A DNA stretch of 27,739 nt from a virus (taxonomy: Duplodnaviria; Heunggongvirae; Uroviricota; Caudoviricetes). The position numbers were made by a program, and so were the translations under genes. The notes below the pieces were generated by a model. That model was not told the origin of the DNA. It was given only the letters and a program-made list of their open reading frames with translations, and did no database searches. Below are positions 17,099-26,664 of the stretch, in pieces (positions within the stretch are counted from its first letter, which is position 1; the number at the start of each line of letters is the position of its first letter). The stretch is from the IMG/VR virus record IMGVR_UViG_2695420411_000008, one strand, 5' to 3'.

Positions 17099-19070
17099 TA
17101 CTATCCGTGATTACCTGGTCTCTCTGGGGTTCGATATCGACGGCGCGGGCCAGGCGAAGTTTGAAGCCACGCTCAAAGGTGTGGCCGCGAACGTCGTAAA
17201 ACTGGGGGCCATAGTTGAGTCGACGGGGCTGGCCATTGTGGGCTTCACCGCCTCGATCGCCAGCGGCCTTGATAAACTCTACTGGGCCGCGGAACGCACC
17301 GGGGCATCGGTCAACGGCATCAAGGCGCTTGGCTATGCTGCCTCACAAACCGGCTCCAGCGCCGAGGCTGCCCAGAACTCACTGGAGAGCCTGGCGCGCT
17401 TCATGCGCAGCAATCCCGGCGCCGAAGGCTTCCTGAACCGCCTGGGGGTGCAGACCCGGGACGCTTCCGGACAGATGCGCGACATGTCGGCTATCTTCAC
17501 CGGCGTCGGCCAGCGCCTCAGCAGCATGCCCTATTATCGAGCCAATCAGTTCGCGCAGATGCTGGGCATTGACGAAAACACGCTGATGGCAATGCGGCGA
17601 GGAATGTCCGGCTTCACGGCTGAATACCAGTCGATGATGCAGAAGACAGGCTTCGATGCTGACAGGGCCGCGCAGCAGTCCAACAAGTTCATGACCTCAA
17701 TGCGCAACTTCGTTTCGCTACTGGGGATCTTGCGCGATAAGGTTGGCTCGAATCTGGCCGGCGGCCTGAGCGGCACGCTGAACAATCTCAGCAAGCAGAT
17801 GCTGGAGAACTGGCCGAAGATAGAGGGCGTGGTCACGAAGATAGTGAAGGGGGTGCTCTTTGCTGCTGATGTCATTACCCAGATGGCGTGGCGCGTCTCG
17901 CAGGCGGTAGGCGGCCTGATTGAGTGGTTTAAAAAGCTGCCGCCGGATATACAGCAGCTAATCATGCTGGTGTCCGGGCTGGTTTCGGCGTGGCAGCTGC
18001 TTAACGCTGAGTTCCTCAAATCGCCGATAGGTATCGTAATCGCGCTAGGCTCGGCGCTGTTCGCGCTTTACGACGACTACAAAACCTGGAAAGAAGGCGG
18101 TCAAAGCCTGCTGCCCTGGGATAAATGGGAGCCAGAAATAGAGGCTGCCCTGAAATCGCTTGGCGAGCTGCGGGATTCTGTGAAGGCGATAGGGGTTGAA
18201 ATCGCAAAGCTGCTCAATATCAACCTCAAAAACTGGACCCTTAAAGGCGACATCGACAACCTCACTAAGCAGTTCGGTGAGTTTGGCAAGATGATTAAGA
18301 TGATTGGCGACCTGATAAACGCCATCAACGAGGGGCGTTGGAAAGATGCTTATGCGATCGGCAAGAACCTGCTGGCACAAGGGCAAGGCCAGGATGCTCT
18401 ACCTGCAGTATCTGACAGCGCTAACAATACTGCTGACTGGATAGAGGGCAAGACGGGGTTCGACCCGCGAAGCATCGGGAAAACAATAAACGGGTGGATT
18501 TTCGGCAAAGAAGAGGGCGGCTCAGACCAGCAGGAGAGCGGCCCGGGCAAGACGCTGGCCGACCGTAACAACAATCCTGGCAACCTGCGCCCCGTCGGCG
18601 GCACCGGTTTTACCTCTCATCAGACGCCGCTTGATGGTTGGATGGCAATGGCCAGGCAGATCCGTCTTTATTTCACCGGAAAAAGCGCGGCCGCCGGGTA
18701 TGAAAAACTCCAGTCAATATGGGACATCATCCACAAATACGCACCTGCCAGCGACAACAACGACCCCGAGGCCTATTCGAACTTCGTAGCCAATATGATG
18801 GGCGTGGGCGCTAAGGACACGCTGAACCTGAGCGACCCGCAGCAGTTCAGCAACCTTCTGCAGGCCATGTCCAGGAAGGAAGGTTACGGTCAGTGGAATT
18901 CCCCATTGGCCAGCGTTGCCGCTACGCAGGCAGCCGCGCAGATCAGCCAGGAAACGAACATCAATATTTACGGCGCGAGCGACCCGGCATCCACTGGCCG
19001 GGAGGTTGCCGATCGTCAATCCGGCGTTAATTCCCGTCTTACTCAGCAGCTACAACCGAGGGTCTACTGA
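17091..19070 (+). CDS. Tail tape measure protein
   Basis: 659-aa largely helical protein directly after the chaperone pair; distinct C-terminal globular region with NNNPGNLR motif. Confidence 0.85.
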   Translation: MADTIRDYLVSLGFDIDGAGQAKFEATLKGVAANVVKLGAIVESTGLAIVGFTASIASGLDKLYWAAERTGASVNGIKALGYAASQTGSSAEAAQNSLESLARFMRSNPGAEGFLNRLGVQTRDASGQMRDMSAIFTGVGQRLSSMPYYRANQFAQMLGIDENTLMAMRRGMSGFTAEYQSMMQKTGFDADRAAQQSNKFMTSMRNFVSLLGILRDKVGSNLAGGLSGTLNNLSKQMLENWPKIEGVVTKIVKGVLFAADVITQMAWRVSQAVGGLIEWFKKLPPDIQQLIMLVSGLVSAWQLLNAEFLKSPIGIVIALGSALFALYDDYKTWKEGGQSLLPWDKWEPEIEAALKSLGELRDSVKAIGVEIAKLLNINLKNWTLKGDIDNLTKQFGEFGKMIKMIGDLINAINEGRWKDAYAIGKNLLAQGQGQDALPAVSDSANNTADWIEGKTGFDPRSIGKTINGWIFGKEEGGSDQQESGPGKTLADRNNNPGNLRPVGGTGFTSHQTPLDGWMAMARQIRLYFTGKSAAAGYEKLQSIWDIIHKYAPASDNNDPEAYSNFVANMMGVGAKDTLNLSDPQQFSNLLQAMSRKEGYGQWNSPLASVAATQAAAQISQETNINIYGASDPASTGREVADRQSGVNSRLTQQLQPRVY

Positions 19071-19645
19071 TGGATATTTTATCGGTCATCTTCCGGCTGC
19101 AGTCTCGGAAAATAGGTATTTTTGTACCTGACGTGGTGGTGTCGGAGAAGCATGTTGATGCCCTGGAAATCACTGAACATCCGGTGGAGTTTGGCGCCGC
19201 CATAAACGACCACGCCTATAAGCGCGCCAGCGAGGTCACTATGGAGTGCGGGTTTGCCGGCGGCGGGTCGGTACTCGACCTGGTAAATCTGTCCAGCATA
19301 GGCTTGCGGGTTGGCGAGAGCCCAAGGGAGATTTATCAGCAGTTGCTGGATCTGCAGAAATCCCGGGTGCCGTTTGATGTTGTTACCGGCAAGCGCACCT
19401 ACAGCAATATGCTGATACGCGCTATCGAGGCCACGACGGACCGAACCAGCGAAAATGTGCTGTCATGCGTTCTGACGCTGCGGGAAGTGATCATGTCGGA
19501 TACGCAGAGCATCACTGTTACGGATAAGGCCAACATGCAGGAGGGAGTCAGCACCGCGCCAGTACAGAATACAGGGATGAAATCTCTGGTGCCGACCAGC
19601 AGCTCATCTGTAATTCAAAAGATAGCCGATTTTGCGAGGGGATAA
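19070..19645 (+). CDS. Tail/baseplate assembly protein (distal tail region)
   Basis: ATG overlaps tape-measure stop (TGATG); position only. Confidence 0.5.
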   Translation: MDILSVIFRLQSRKIGIFVPDVVVSEKHVDALEITEHPVEFGAAINDHAYKRASEVTMECGFAGGGSVLDLVNLSSIGLRVGESPREIYQQLLDLQKSRVPFDVVTGKRTYSNMLIRAIEATTDRTSENVLSCVLTLREVIMSDTQSITVTDKANMQEGVSTAPVQNTGMKSLVPTSSSSVIQKIADFARG

Positions 19646-19950
19646 TGAGCGTTAATGAGATTCCGATGATCCCTGATAACCAGGAGTTTCGCATCACCCT
19701 GGGCGACATAAGCTACACGCTCCGCGTGCTATGGCGCGACGATGCTGGCTGGATAATGGACGTTATGGATAGCGGCGCGCAGCCTCTGTTAATGGGCGTC
19801 CCCCTGGTGCCGGGGGTTAACCTTTTGGCTCAGTATCCGGATCTGGGGATATCTGGCGCACTGGTGGTCATGACAGACAACGGAGCCCCTGAATACCCGA
19901 CGAAAACAAACCTTGGTGCCTCGAGCCATCTTTATTTTGTTCAGGAATAG
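19645..19950 (+). CDS. Small baseplate-associated protein
   Basis: ATGA overlap with upstream stop; 101 aa; position only. Confidence 0.45.
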   Translation: MSVNEIPMIPDNQEFRITLGDISYTLRVLWRDDAGWIMDVMDSGAQPLLMGVPLVPGVNLLAQYPDLGISGALVVMTDNGAPEYPTKTNLGASSHLYFVQE

Positions 19951-19953
19951 CCC

Positions 19954-21024
19954 ATGACTATTAACTGGAATCGCCATTTTGAACTGCGGCTTCTGAACGA
20001 CAAGGGGAATGGCATATCCCTGTCGGACTTTAAAGTTACCTTCGCAATCGACTGGTTTAACTCGATGTGGCCACGTGTGGCGACGCTTAAAATTTACAAC
20101 CTCAAGCGTGACACAATCACCCGGATTACGGGGGATGAGTTTTCTCGCATTACCATCATAGCCGGTTATAACGGCCTGGCGCCGACGGTTACTGAAAGCG
20201 AGGTTGGGCAGGTTACCGAGATTTCATCTGAGCAAACCGGCCAGACGCGCGGGCAAAATTACGGAGTCATTTTTGATGGGGAGATTCGTTTTACGATAAC
20301 CGGGCGCGATAATCCTACCGATATTTTTACGCTAATTCAGTCGGTAGATGGTCATAAGGCGTTCAACGAAGCCGTATCGTCCGGCAGCCTGGCGGCAGGA
20401 TATAAGCTTGCCGACGTGCATACACTTCTGATGAAGGACTTTTCGCCTTACGGCATCACCCAGGGCATCACCGGGCAGTTCCCTGACAGGGTGATGCCAC
20501 GCGGTCGCGTCTTCTTCGGCGCAACGCGCGACTACATGAGCAACCTAGCGGCGCAGTGCGAGGCTAACTGGCAATTTGTCGACGGCCAGCTGCAAATGGT
20601 GCCTGAGAATAAATATCTCCATGAAGCGATCGTGCTTAACACCAAAACTGGCCTGGTCGGTATGCCTCAGCAAACCATGGGGGCAGGCGTTAATGTGCGC
20701 TGTCTCATTAATCCAAACATTCGGGTTAACGGGCTTATTCAGTTGAACCAGGACTCGGTGTATCGCTCGCAATTACCGAACGATGAGATCCAAAGATCAC
20801 AGGCAAGGATTACTGAGGCAAATGATAATGGTAATCTTAGTACAGGCAGCGCGACGCTTGCGCAGCCCGCCAGTGTGGCAACTGATGGCGTTTACATAGT
20901 TCAGTCAATCAGCTACACCGGCGATACGAGAGGGAATCCGTGGTATATGGATCTCATGTGTATGGCCAGAGGGGCGCGTGATTTACAATCGAATACGGCC
21001 CTACAGCGAACGGCTCCACAATGA
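19954..21024 (+). CDS. Baseplate hub protein (Mu gp44 / P2 gpD-like)
   Basis: 356-aa ORF preceding the spike, W-like and J-like baseplate genes. Confidence 0.6.
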   Translation: MTINWNRHFELRLLNDKGNGISLSDFKVTFAIDWFNSMWPRVATLKIYNLKRDTITRITGDEFSRITIIAGYNGLAPTVTESEVGQVTEISSEQTGQTRGQNYGVIFDGEIRFTITGRDNPTDIFTLIQSVDGHKAFNEAVSSGSLAAGYKLADVHTLLMKDFSPYGITQGITGQFPDRVMPRGRVFFGATRDYMSNLAAQCEANWQFVDGQLQMVPENKYLHEAIVLNTKTGLVGMPQQTMGAGVNVRCLINPNIRVNGLIQLNQDSVYRSQLPNDEIQRSQARITEANDNGNLSTGSATLAQPASVATDGVYIVQSISYTGDTRGNPWYMDLMCMARGARDLQSNTALQRTAPQ

Positions 21025-21377
21025 AAAAAATACTTTTTTTGGTTTCTTTAGCATTCGTCAGTTTTTCTTCTACAGCGGCAAACACCGCTTATATGAAGTG
21101 TGGTCCCTTTACTTTCTCAACCTCATCAAGCAACGACGGATATCCGAGGATAAACGGAGCAAAGCCTGATAGTCAGAAGGTGACATTCCTCAAAAAAGAG
21201 GGAGATTATGACAATATTAAAATGCAATGGATTGTCATGAATGAGAATTCTGGGCAGCGCTATGGTCTTGATTATATAAAACGCAATGGGAGAGGGATAC
21301 TCAATGCCGAGGCCATCAGAATGAACATGAATGAACCTCGAGTGTTTGGAACTTACGACTGCGTGAAGGCTAAGTAA
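21021..21377 (+). CDS. Secreted hypothetical protein (118 aa) in an AT-rich insertion
   Basis: ATGA overlap with hub stop; signal peptide MKKILFLVSLAFVSFSSTAA; two Cys (27 and 114); AT-rich relative to flanking tail genes. Confidence 0.6.
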   Translation: MKKILFLVSLAFVSFSSTAANTAYMKCGPFTFSTSSSNDGYPRINGAKPDSQKVTFLKKEGDYDNIKMQWIVMNENSGQRYGLDYIKRNGRGILNAEAIRMNMNEPRVFGTYDCVKAK

Positions 21378-21387
21378 TTTAATAAAG

Positions 21388-21408
21388 GCGCCGGAACTAC
21401 CGGCGCTC
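21388..21408. terminator. Hairpin shared by the convergent inserted genes
   Basis: GGCGCCGG / AACTA / CCGGCGC(T) stem-loop between convergent stops; T-rich tract on the minus-strand side. Confidence 0.5.
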
Positions 21409-21410
21409 AG

Positions 21411-21761
21411 TTACTCGTCTTTAAAACTTATAATTTTGTACTGCTCCAGTACTTCTGAAAGCTCCTTTGATGTCAGATTTTGTATTTCGATCGTACCTTT
21501 TTCAGTGGTTACCGTTATTTTTTTTGATGATCTGGTCTGTAACCATTTTCTCGCTATCGATGCAATGGCGATACAAGCTGGTGATGATGTGATAACGGTA
21601 ATAGATATTTCGAGAATTGTGCCAATAGCGCCAGGAGAATCACCCGTTCTGACTCTTTTACTTACTACATAGTCATTAGCGGGTATGTTATCCTGGATTA
21701 CAGGAAGTAACTCTTTCCAAATAGCTGGAGTAAATTTTATGGTTGTTTCTGATTTTGGCAT
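21411..21761 (-). CDS. Hypothetical membrane protein (116 aa), convergent partner in the insertion
   Basis: Minus-strand ORF with a central hydrophobic segment AIGTILEISITVITSSPACIAIASIA; weak RBS; AT-rich. Confidence 0.45.
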   Translation of the reverse strand: MPKSETTIKFTPAIWKELLPVIQDNIPANDYVVSKRVRTGDSPGAIGTILEISITVITSSPACIAIASIARKWLQTRSSKKITVTTEKGTIEIQNLTSKELSEVLEQYKIISFKDE

Positions 21762-21941
21762 AAAGGTTTCAGGCCCCTATCGAGAGAAGCTAAAAATTGC
21801 CTACCGGCTTTTCCTTAGCAGCCTGTATCTTGCTACAAATCACGACGTTACCGTGGTTCTAAGCAAAACCTATATTAAGAGCTGCAATGAAGATAAATAG
21901 CACGCATTAACTCACCCTCAAATCCTGACATTTGATCAGTA

Positions 21942-21962
21942 ACCCGCCTCGGCGGGTTTTTT
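21942..21962 (+). terminator. Intrinsic terminator upstream of the baseplate spike gene
   Basis: ACCCGCC-TC-GGCGGGT hairpin followed by TTTTTT, 18 nt before the ATG at 21980. Confidence 0.6.
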
Positions 21963-21979
21963 ATTACCTGGAGAAAGCT

Positions 21980-22633
21980 ATGCCAGTATCAGCCCGCGCG
22001 CAGGACGGCAACGAATCGCAGACTCTTGAGGCGCACCGCCACGCCATTTTCGGCAGCCTGCGCGTGGCTTTGCCGGGGATCATCCAGTCCTTTGACCCTG
22101 AAACAGTGACATGCACCGTGCAGCCAGCCATCTACGGTCAGCGGCTCAGCGACGATGGCGCTCTGGTTTCTGAGGAGATACCGATTTTGCCAGACGTTCC
22201 AGTGGTGTTCCCCCGCGGCGGTGGCTGCACGTTAACCTTCCCGGTAAAGGCCGGTGACGAGTGCCTCCTGGTCTTCTCCGATCGCTGCATCGACTTCTGG
22301 TGGCAGAGCGGCGGGGGGCAGGAACCGGTTGACCCGCGCCAGCATGACCTGAGTGATGCGTTTGCCATTGTGGGTCCGCAGTCGCAGGCGCAGAAAATCA
22401 GCAGCATCAGTACCAGTGCGGTTGAACTGCGCAGTGACGACGGTGGAACAAAACTGAGCCTTAACCCTTCATCCGGAGCGATAACGGGAACCGCGCCGGG
22501 AGGCTTCAACCTTAACGGTCTGAAAATTCTGCCTGACGGCCGCCTGCAGCTGGTGGATGGCTCCATGGTTGATAAGCATACGCATGGCGGCGTGGAAGTC
22601 GGCGGCAGCAATACGAAACCACTGGGAGGGTAA
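21980..22633 (+). CDS. Baseplate spike / assembly protein V-like
   Basis: GGAGA RBS then ATG at 21980; the ORF-track start at 21932 would run through the terminator hairpin; position before the W- and J-like genes. Confidence 0.7.
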   Translation: MPVSARAQDGNESQTLEAHRHAIFGSLRVALPGIIQSFDPETVTCTVQPAIYGQRLSDDGALVSEEIPILPDVPVVFPRGGGCTLTFPVKAGDECLLVFSDRCIDFWWQSGGGQEPVDPRQHDLSDAFAIVGPQSQAQKISSISTSAVELRSDDGGTKLSLNPSSGAITGTAPGGFNLNGLKILPDGRLQLVDGSMVDKHTHGGVEVGGSNTKPLGG

Positions 22634-22635
22634 TT

Positions 22636-22989
22636 ATGCGATACCGACGCGAAGACGACGACGGGGACTACACCTTCGGCCAGGGCGATGACACCTTTCT
22701 GGTCAACTCACCCGAGTGCGTGGCCCAGGCCGTTAAAACGCGCTTTGAACTGTGGAAGGGGCAATGGTTTCTGGACACAACCGAGGGCACACCCTATATC
22801 CAGTCGGTTCTGGGAAAGCAAAGGCCTGAGGTTTATAACCTTGCGATCAGGGATCGCATCAGCACCACACCTGGCGTTCTGTCCATACTGGCCTTTGATA
22901 CCGTGAATGAAAGCACGACACGCCGGGTAACGTTCACAGCCACCATAAACACTATCTACGGACAAACCACCCTTACCAGCGAGGCATAA
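22636..22989 (+). CDS. Baseplate protein W-like (GPW/gp25 family)
   Basis: 117-aa ORF between the V-like and J-like genes. Confidence 0.7.
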   Translation: MRYRREDDDGDYTFGQGDDTFLVNSPECVAQAVKTRFELWKGQWFLDTTEGTPYIQSVLGKQRPEVYNLAIRDRISTTPGVLSILAFDTVNESTTRRVTFTATINTIYGQTTLTSEA

Positions 22990-24189
22990 ATGGCCCTCAA
23001 TTTGGACACGCTCGGCTTATCGGCAACGGTAACCGCTGAGGGGATCAGCGCGCCTGATTACCAGACAATACTGGACACCCTGACCAACTACTTTAAGCAG
23101 ATATATGGCAGCGATGCTTATCTGGATCCTGACAGCAAAGACGGGCAGATGGTGGCGCTGGTGGCCCTGGCTATTCACGATGCTAACAACACGGCCATTG
23201 CTGTTTACAACAGCTTTTCGCCTGCCACCGCTTATGGCGCAGGGCTGAGCAAGAACGTGAAAATAAACGGTATTAAAAGGAGAACGGCTACCAACTCAAC
23301 GGTTGATTTGCTGCTTACCGGCGCGGCCGGTACGACCATTTCGAATGGCTCCGTCAGGGATAAGAATGGCCTGGTCTGGAGCATGCCGGCTTCCGTGGTA
23401 ATTGGTTTAGACGGGACGGCGACGGTCACTGCCACCTGCTCAAATAGCGGCGCAGTGGCCGCGCTGTCCGGAACGGTCACGACCATTAACACACCGACCC
23501 GCGGCTGGACTTCGGTAACTAACCCCGCGGCGGCCACCGTCGGATCCCCGGCGGAAACCGACGCAGAGCTGCGCATCCGGCAGGGGCAGAGTGTCGCGCT
23601 ACCCTCCATCACGCCGTTTGAAGGGGTGGACGGCGCGATAGTGAACGTTGCAGGGGTTACACGTCACAAGCTCTACGAGAATGATACCGGCACGACCGAC
23701 AGTAATGGGCTGCCGCCACACTCTATCTCTGCCATCGTGGATGGCGGCGATCTGACTGAAATCGCCCAGGCCATCCGGGGCAATAAGGGGCAGGGGGTGT
23801 CAACGTATGGTGCGACAGCCGTCACGGTGCCGGATAAATACGGTAATCCCCATGTGATTCGCTTCTCCCGGTCAACGGATGTTCCTATTTATGGACATAT
23901 AACGCTGAAAGCTTTCGCGGGTTACACATCACAAATAGGTAAGGAGATTCAGCAGGCCGTTGCGGATTACATCAACGACCTGACGATCGGTGATTCGGTG
24001 CTGCTGAGCCGCATTTATTCACCTGCCAACCTCGGGGTGGTCAGCGGCGGTAGCGCGCGTTATTACGACATCCAGGAATTACTCATCGGTAAATCAGCAG
24101 GATCCGTAGCATCGGCAAACATAACCATAGCCTACGACGAATCAGCTTCATGTAAACCGGCAAACATCGTTATCACGGTGACGTCATGA
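22990..24189 (+). CDS. Baseplate J-like protein
   Basis: 399-aa ORF following the W-like gene and preceding the I-like gene. Confidence 0.8.
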   Translation: MALNLDTLGLSATVTAEGISAPDYQTILDTLTNYFKQIYGSDAYLDPDSKDGQMVALVALAIHDANNTAIAVYNSFSPATAYGAGLSKNVKINGIKRRTATNSTVDLLLTGAAGTTISNGSVRDKNGLVWSMPASVVIGLDGTATVTATCSNSGAVAALSGTVTTINTPTRGWTSVTNPAAATVGSPAETDAELRIRQGQSVALPSITPFEGVDGAIVNVAGVTRHKLYENDTGTTDSNGLPPHSISAIVDGGDLTEIAQAIRGNKGQGVSTYGATAVTVPDKYGNPHVIRFSRSTDVPIYGHITLKAFAGYTSQIGKEIQQAVADYINDLTIGDSVLLSRIYSPANLGVVSGGSARYYDIQELLIGKSAGSVASANITIAYDESASCKPANIVITVTS

Positions 24190-24866
24190 GTAGGTACACG
24201 GATCTAATCACTAACTACCACGCCACTAAGCCGAAATACCTCGATCACATCGATCTTAGTACCCGTCCCCTGATTGATATCACGTCAGCCACAAGGGGCC
24301 TGGTGAGTGCGTTTGACATTGATACGGCTGTTGGCGTGCAACTCGATATTCTCGGACTCTGGATTGGACGTAGCCGTATAGTCAGCCAGCCCATTAGTGG
24401 CGTTTATTTCAGTTGGGACACGGAGGGGCTCGGATATGACCAGGGCGTATGGCAGGGGCCATATGATCCTGACTCCGGCTATACGACGCTTAGCGATGAT
24501 ACCTATCGCACTATTCTGAAAGCAAAAATCGCTATTAACAACTGGGACGGGCGTAACGACTCGCTTCCGGACATTCTTGACACTGCCACAGTGGGTTCGG
24601 GCCTGAAGATGCAGATCGTCGACAATCAGGACATGACGATATCGGTCTGGGTATTTCCCGAGACTGATATTTCTGATGTGTCTCTCGAACTGATCGCCGC
24701 TATCAAACAGGGCTATCTCACCGTTAAAGCCGCTGGCGTCTGGGCCGGTGATGTTGAAATGCCTTCGGTTGAAACACCGTCCGAAGGAACAAAATTCTTT
24801 GGATTTGACATGGATAACGAATACATCGCCGGTTTTGATGACGGCGCATGGGGGAGATTACTTTAA
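24186..24866 (+). CDS. Tail protein I-like (baseplate wedge)
   Basis: 226-aa ORF overlapping J stop and tail-fibre start. Confidence 0.6.
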   Translation: MSRYTDLITNYHATKPKYLDHIDLSTRPLIDITSATRGLVSAFDIDTAVGVQLDILGLWIGRSRIVSQPISGVYFSWDTEGLGYDQGVWQGPYDPDSGYTTLSDDTYRTILKAKIAINNWDGRNDSLPDILDTATVGSGLKMQIVDNQDMTISVWVFPETDISDVSLELIAAIKQGYLTVKAAGVWAGDVEMPSVETPSEGTKFFGFDMDNEYIAGFDDGAWGRLL

Positions 24867-25645
24867 TGGCTGGAACTAATGATTTTAAAGCGTTTGCGAC
24901 AGATGCTAATGCAAATGTTACCTCGCAGGAGGAATGGGAGACGCTAACCGCACTGAAGAAAGGATTCTCCTCGGGTAAAGCATCCAGCGCACAGGTCAGT
25001 AAAGCGCTGCGCCAACCGTCGACGATGGCGGCTGTACTGGGGCAGTTTATCGCGAACGCCGAACTGGACGCGCTCGATGATGGTGACGTTGATGGACTGG
25101 TGGCAAAGCTGGCGACAGCGATTACCACAAACCTTGGTTTGGGAGAAGGCTCAGCATTACCCGTTGGCGTACCTGTTCCGTGGCCTTCAGCCACACCGCC
25201 GACAGGCTGGCTGAAATGCAACGGTGCCGCTTTTTCTGCTGAAGAATACCCGGAACTGGCAAAGGCTTACCCGACAAATAAATTGCCTGATTTACGTGGT
25301 GAGTTTATTCGTGGCTGGGATGACGGGCGTGGAGTGGATAGCGGTCGTACTTTATTAACGAATCAAGAGCATGCAGTAATTTCTCATAATCATGGAATAC
25401 CTACAAAAGTGGGGTCAGTTACTAATATCCCGTATGGAATAGAACAGGTTATATCTGATGAAACCATTTTTTCATCAGCAAAAACAGTTGGTGTGGATTA
25501 CTGGTCTAACAGTGAAAGAGTTTTTACTTATACCTCTGGTGGAAGAAATGGTGCTGAATCAGTGAGTTCACCTGATGCCTCCTCTTTAATTAAAGAAACC
25601 AGACCACGGAACCTAGCATTTGCGTATATCGTGAGGGCTGCATAA
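24866..25645 (+). CDS. Tail fibre protein: constant N-terminal part fused to the currently expressed variable C-terminal domain
   Basis: GGGGGAG RBS 9 nt before ATG 24866 (ATG overlaps upstream stop); C-terminal PWP...GWLKCNG...LPDLRGEFIRGWDDGRG collar-type receptor-binding domain; crossover site inside the gene. Confidence 0.75.
   Translation: MAGTNDFKAFATDANANVTSQEEWETLTALKKGFSSGKASSAQVSKALRQPSTMAAVLGQFIANAELDALDDGDVDGLVAKLATAITTNLGLGEGSALPVGVPVPWPSATPPTGWLKCNGAAFSAEEYPELAKAYPTNKLPDLRGEFIRGWDDGRGVDSGRTLLTNQEHAVISHNHGIPTKVGSVTNIPYGIEQVISDETIFSSAKTVGVDYWSNSERVFTYTSGGRNGAESVSSPDASSLIKETRPRNLAFAYIVRAA
25122..25147. promoter_or_regulatory. Left inversion crossover site (hix/gix-like, 26 bp)
   Basis: TTACCACAAACC-TT-GGTTTGGGAGAA; the 14-bp core TTGGTTTGGGAGAA (25134-25147) is a perfect inverted copy of 27106-27119. 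Confidence 0.6.
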
Positions 25646-26247
25646 TGGTGAAAGCAAAATTAAACAGTGCGTTTATTGCCACCGTGGCAGGTGAAATCAC
25701 TGTGTACAACTACCGGGGCGACACCCGCGAATACATATCCTCATCGGTTGAGTATCTGCCTGTGGGGGTGGGTATTCCTGCCAATTCCTGTACCGATGCG
25801 CCCGGCACACATAAAGCTGGTTATGCAATCTGCCGTTCTGCAGATTTTAACTCATGGGAATATGTGCCAGACCATCGCGGTGAAACGGTATATAGCACTG
25901 AAACAGGAGAATCAAAAGAAATCACAGCTCCGGGTGATTACTCTGAAAATACAACTACTATCGCCCCGTTAACGCCATTCGATAAATGGGATGGTGAGAA
26001 ATGGGTGACCGATACTGAGGCACAGCATAGCGCCGCAGTAGACGTGGCAGAAGCACAGCGCCAGTCGCTGATTGATGCTGCTATGGCTTCCATCAGTCTG
26101 ATTCAGCTGAAATTGCAGGCCGGGCGGCAACTGACGCAAGCAGAAATCACTCGCCTTAACGCTGTGCTGGATTACATTGACACGGTGACGGCAACAGATA
26201 CCAGCACCGCGCCGGATGTCATCTGGCCTGAACTGCCGGAGGCGTAG
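25645..26247 (+). CDS. Tail fibre assembly protein (Tfa, active orientation)
   Basis: ATG overlaps tail-fibre stop; conserved C-terminal DTSTAPDVIWPELPEA motif shared with the minus-strand paralogue. Confidence 0.75.
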   Translation: MVKAKLNSAFIATVAGEITVYNYRGDTREYISSSVEYLPVGVGIPANSCTDAPGTHKAGYAICRSADFNSWEYVPDHRGETVYSTETGESKEITAPGDYSENTTTIAPLTPFDKWDGEKWVTDTEAQHSAAVDVAEAQRQSLIDAAMASISLIQLKLQAGRQLTQAEITRLNAVLDYIDTVTATDTSTAPDVIWPELPEA

Positions 26248-26662
26248 GCCATTCAATATCTGGAGCACTGGAGGTATCAACCAGTTCCAGTGCGTCCAGA
26301 TAATCCAGCCACAAATTATATTGCGCCAGTTCCTCACTTTTCAGACGACCAATCGCCGCTTTGCCAGGCCACTGATGAGTATTGATGTAGGTATTGACTT
26401 CAGAAACCAAAGATATTTTTTTCATTTCAGCCGTCAACACCTCATCCTCTTTTGAAGGGGGTGGGGAATTAATCCATACTGGCCGTCCTGAACTGTCAGC
26501 GCCAATTTCTTTCCCTTCTGGATGCAGCCCAAGAAATTGCTCATATGTTTCTCTGGTAATTTCAATAACATCATCAGGAAGCGTTCCCGCATCCTCATAT
26601 TCTGGAAACAATTCTTGCAGATAAAAACTTTTACTTCCGGGTGAAAAGAATACTGAGTTCAT
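26219..26662 (-). CDS. Tail fibre assembly protein (Tfa', alternative orientation)
   Basis: Convergent with tfa, overlapping by 29 nt; C-terminal DTSSAPDIEWPTPP motif parallels Tfa. Confidence 0.7.
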   Translation of the reverse strand: MNSVFFSPGSKSFYLQELFPEYEDAGTLPDDVIEITRETYEQFLGLHPEGKEIGADSSGRPVWINSPPPSKEDEVLTAEMKKISLVSEVNTYINTHQWPGKAAIGRLKSEELAQYNLWLDYLDALELVDTSSAPDIEWPTPPAVQAR

Positions 26663-26664
26663 TC

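Noticed and set aside
17546-18019. 157-aa minus-strand ORF (and neighbouring minus ORFs up to 19019)
   Set aside because: Antisense to the tape measure gene; no signals and compositionally a shadow frame.
21436-21900. Plus-strand ORFs 21436-21672 and 21685-21900
   Set aside because: Antisense to, or overlapping the promoter region of, the minus-strand membrane-protein gene; no translation signals.
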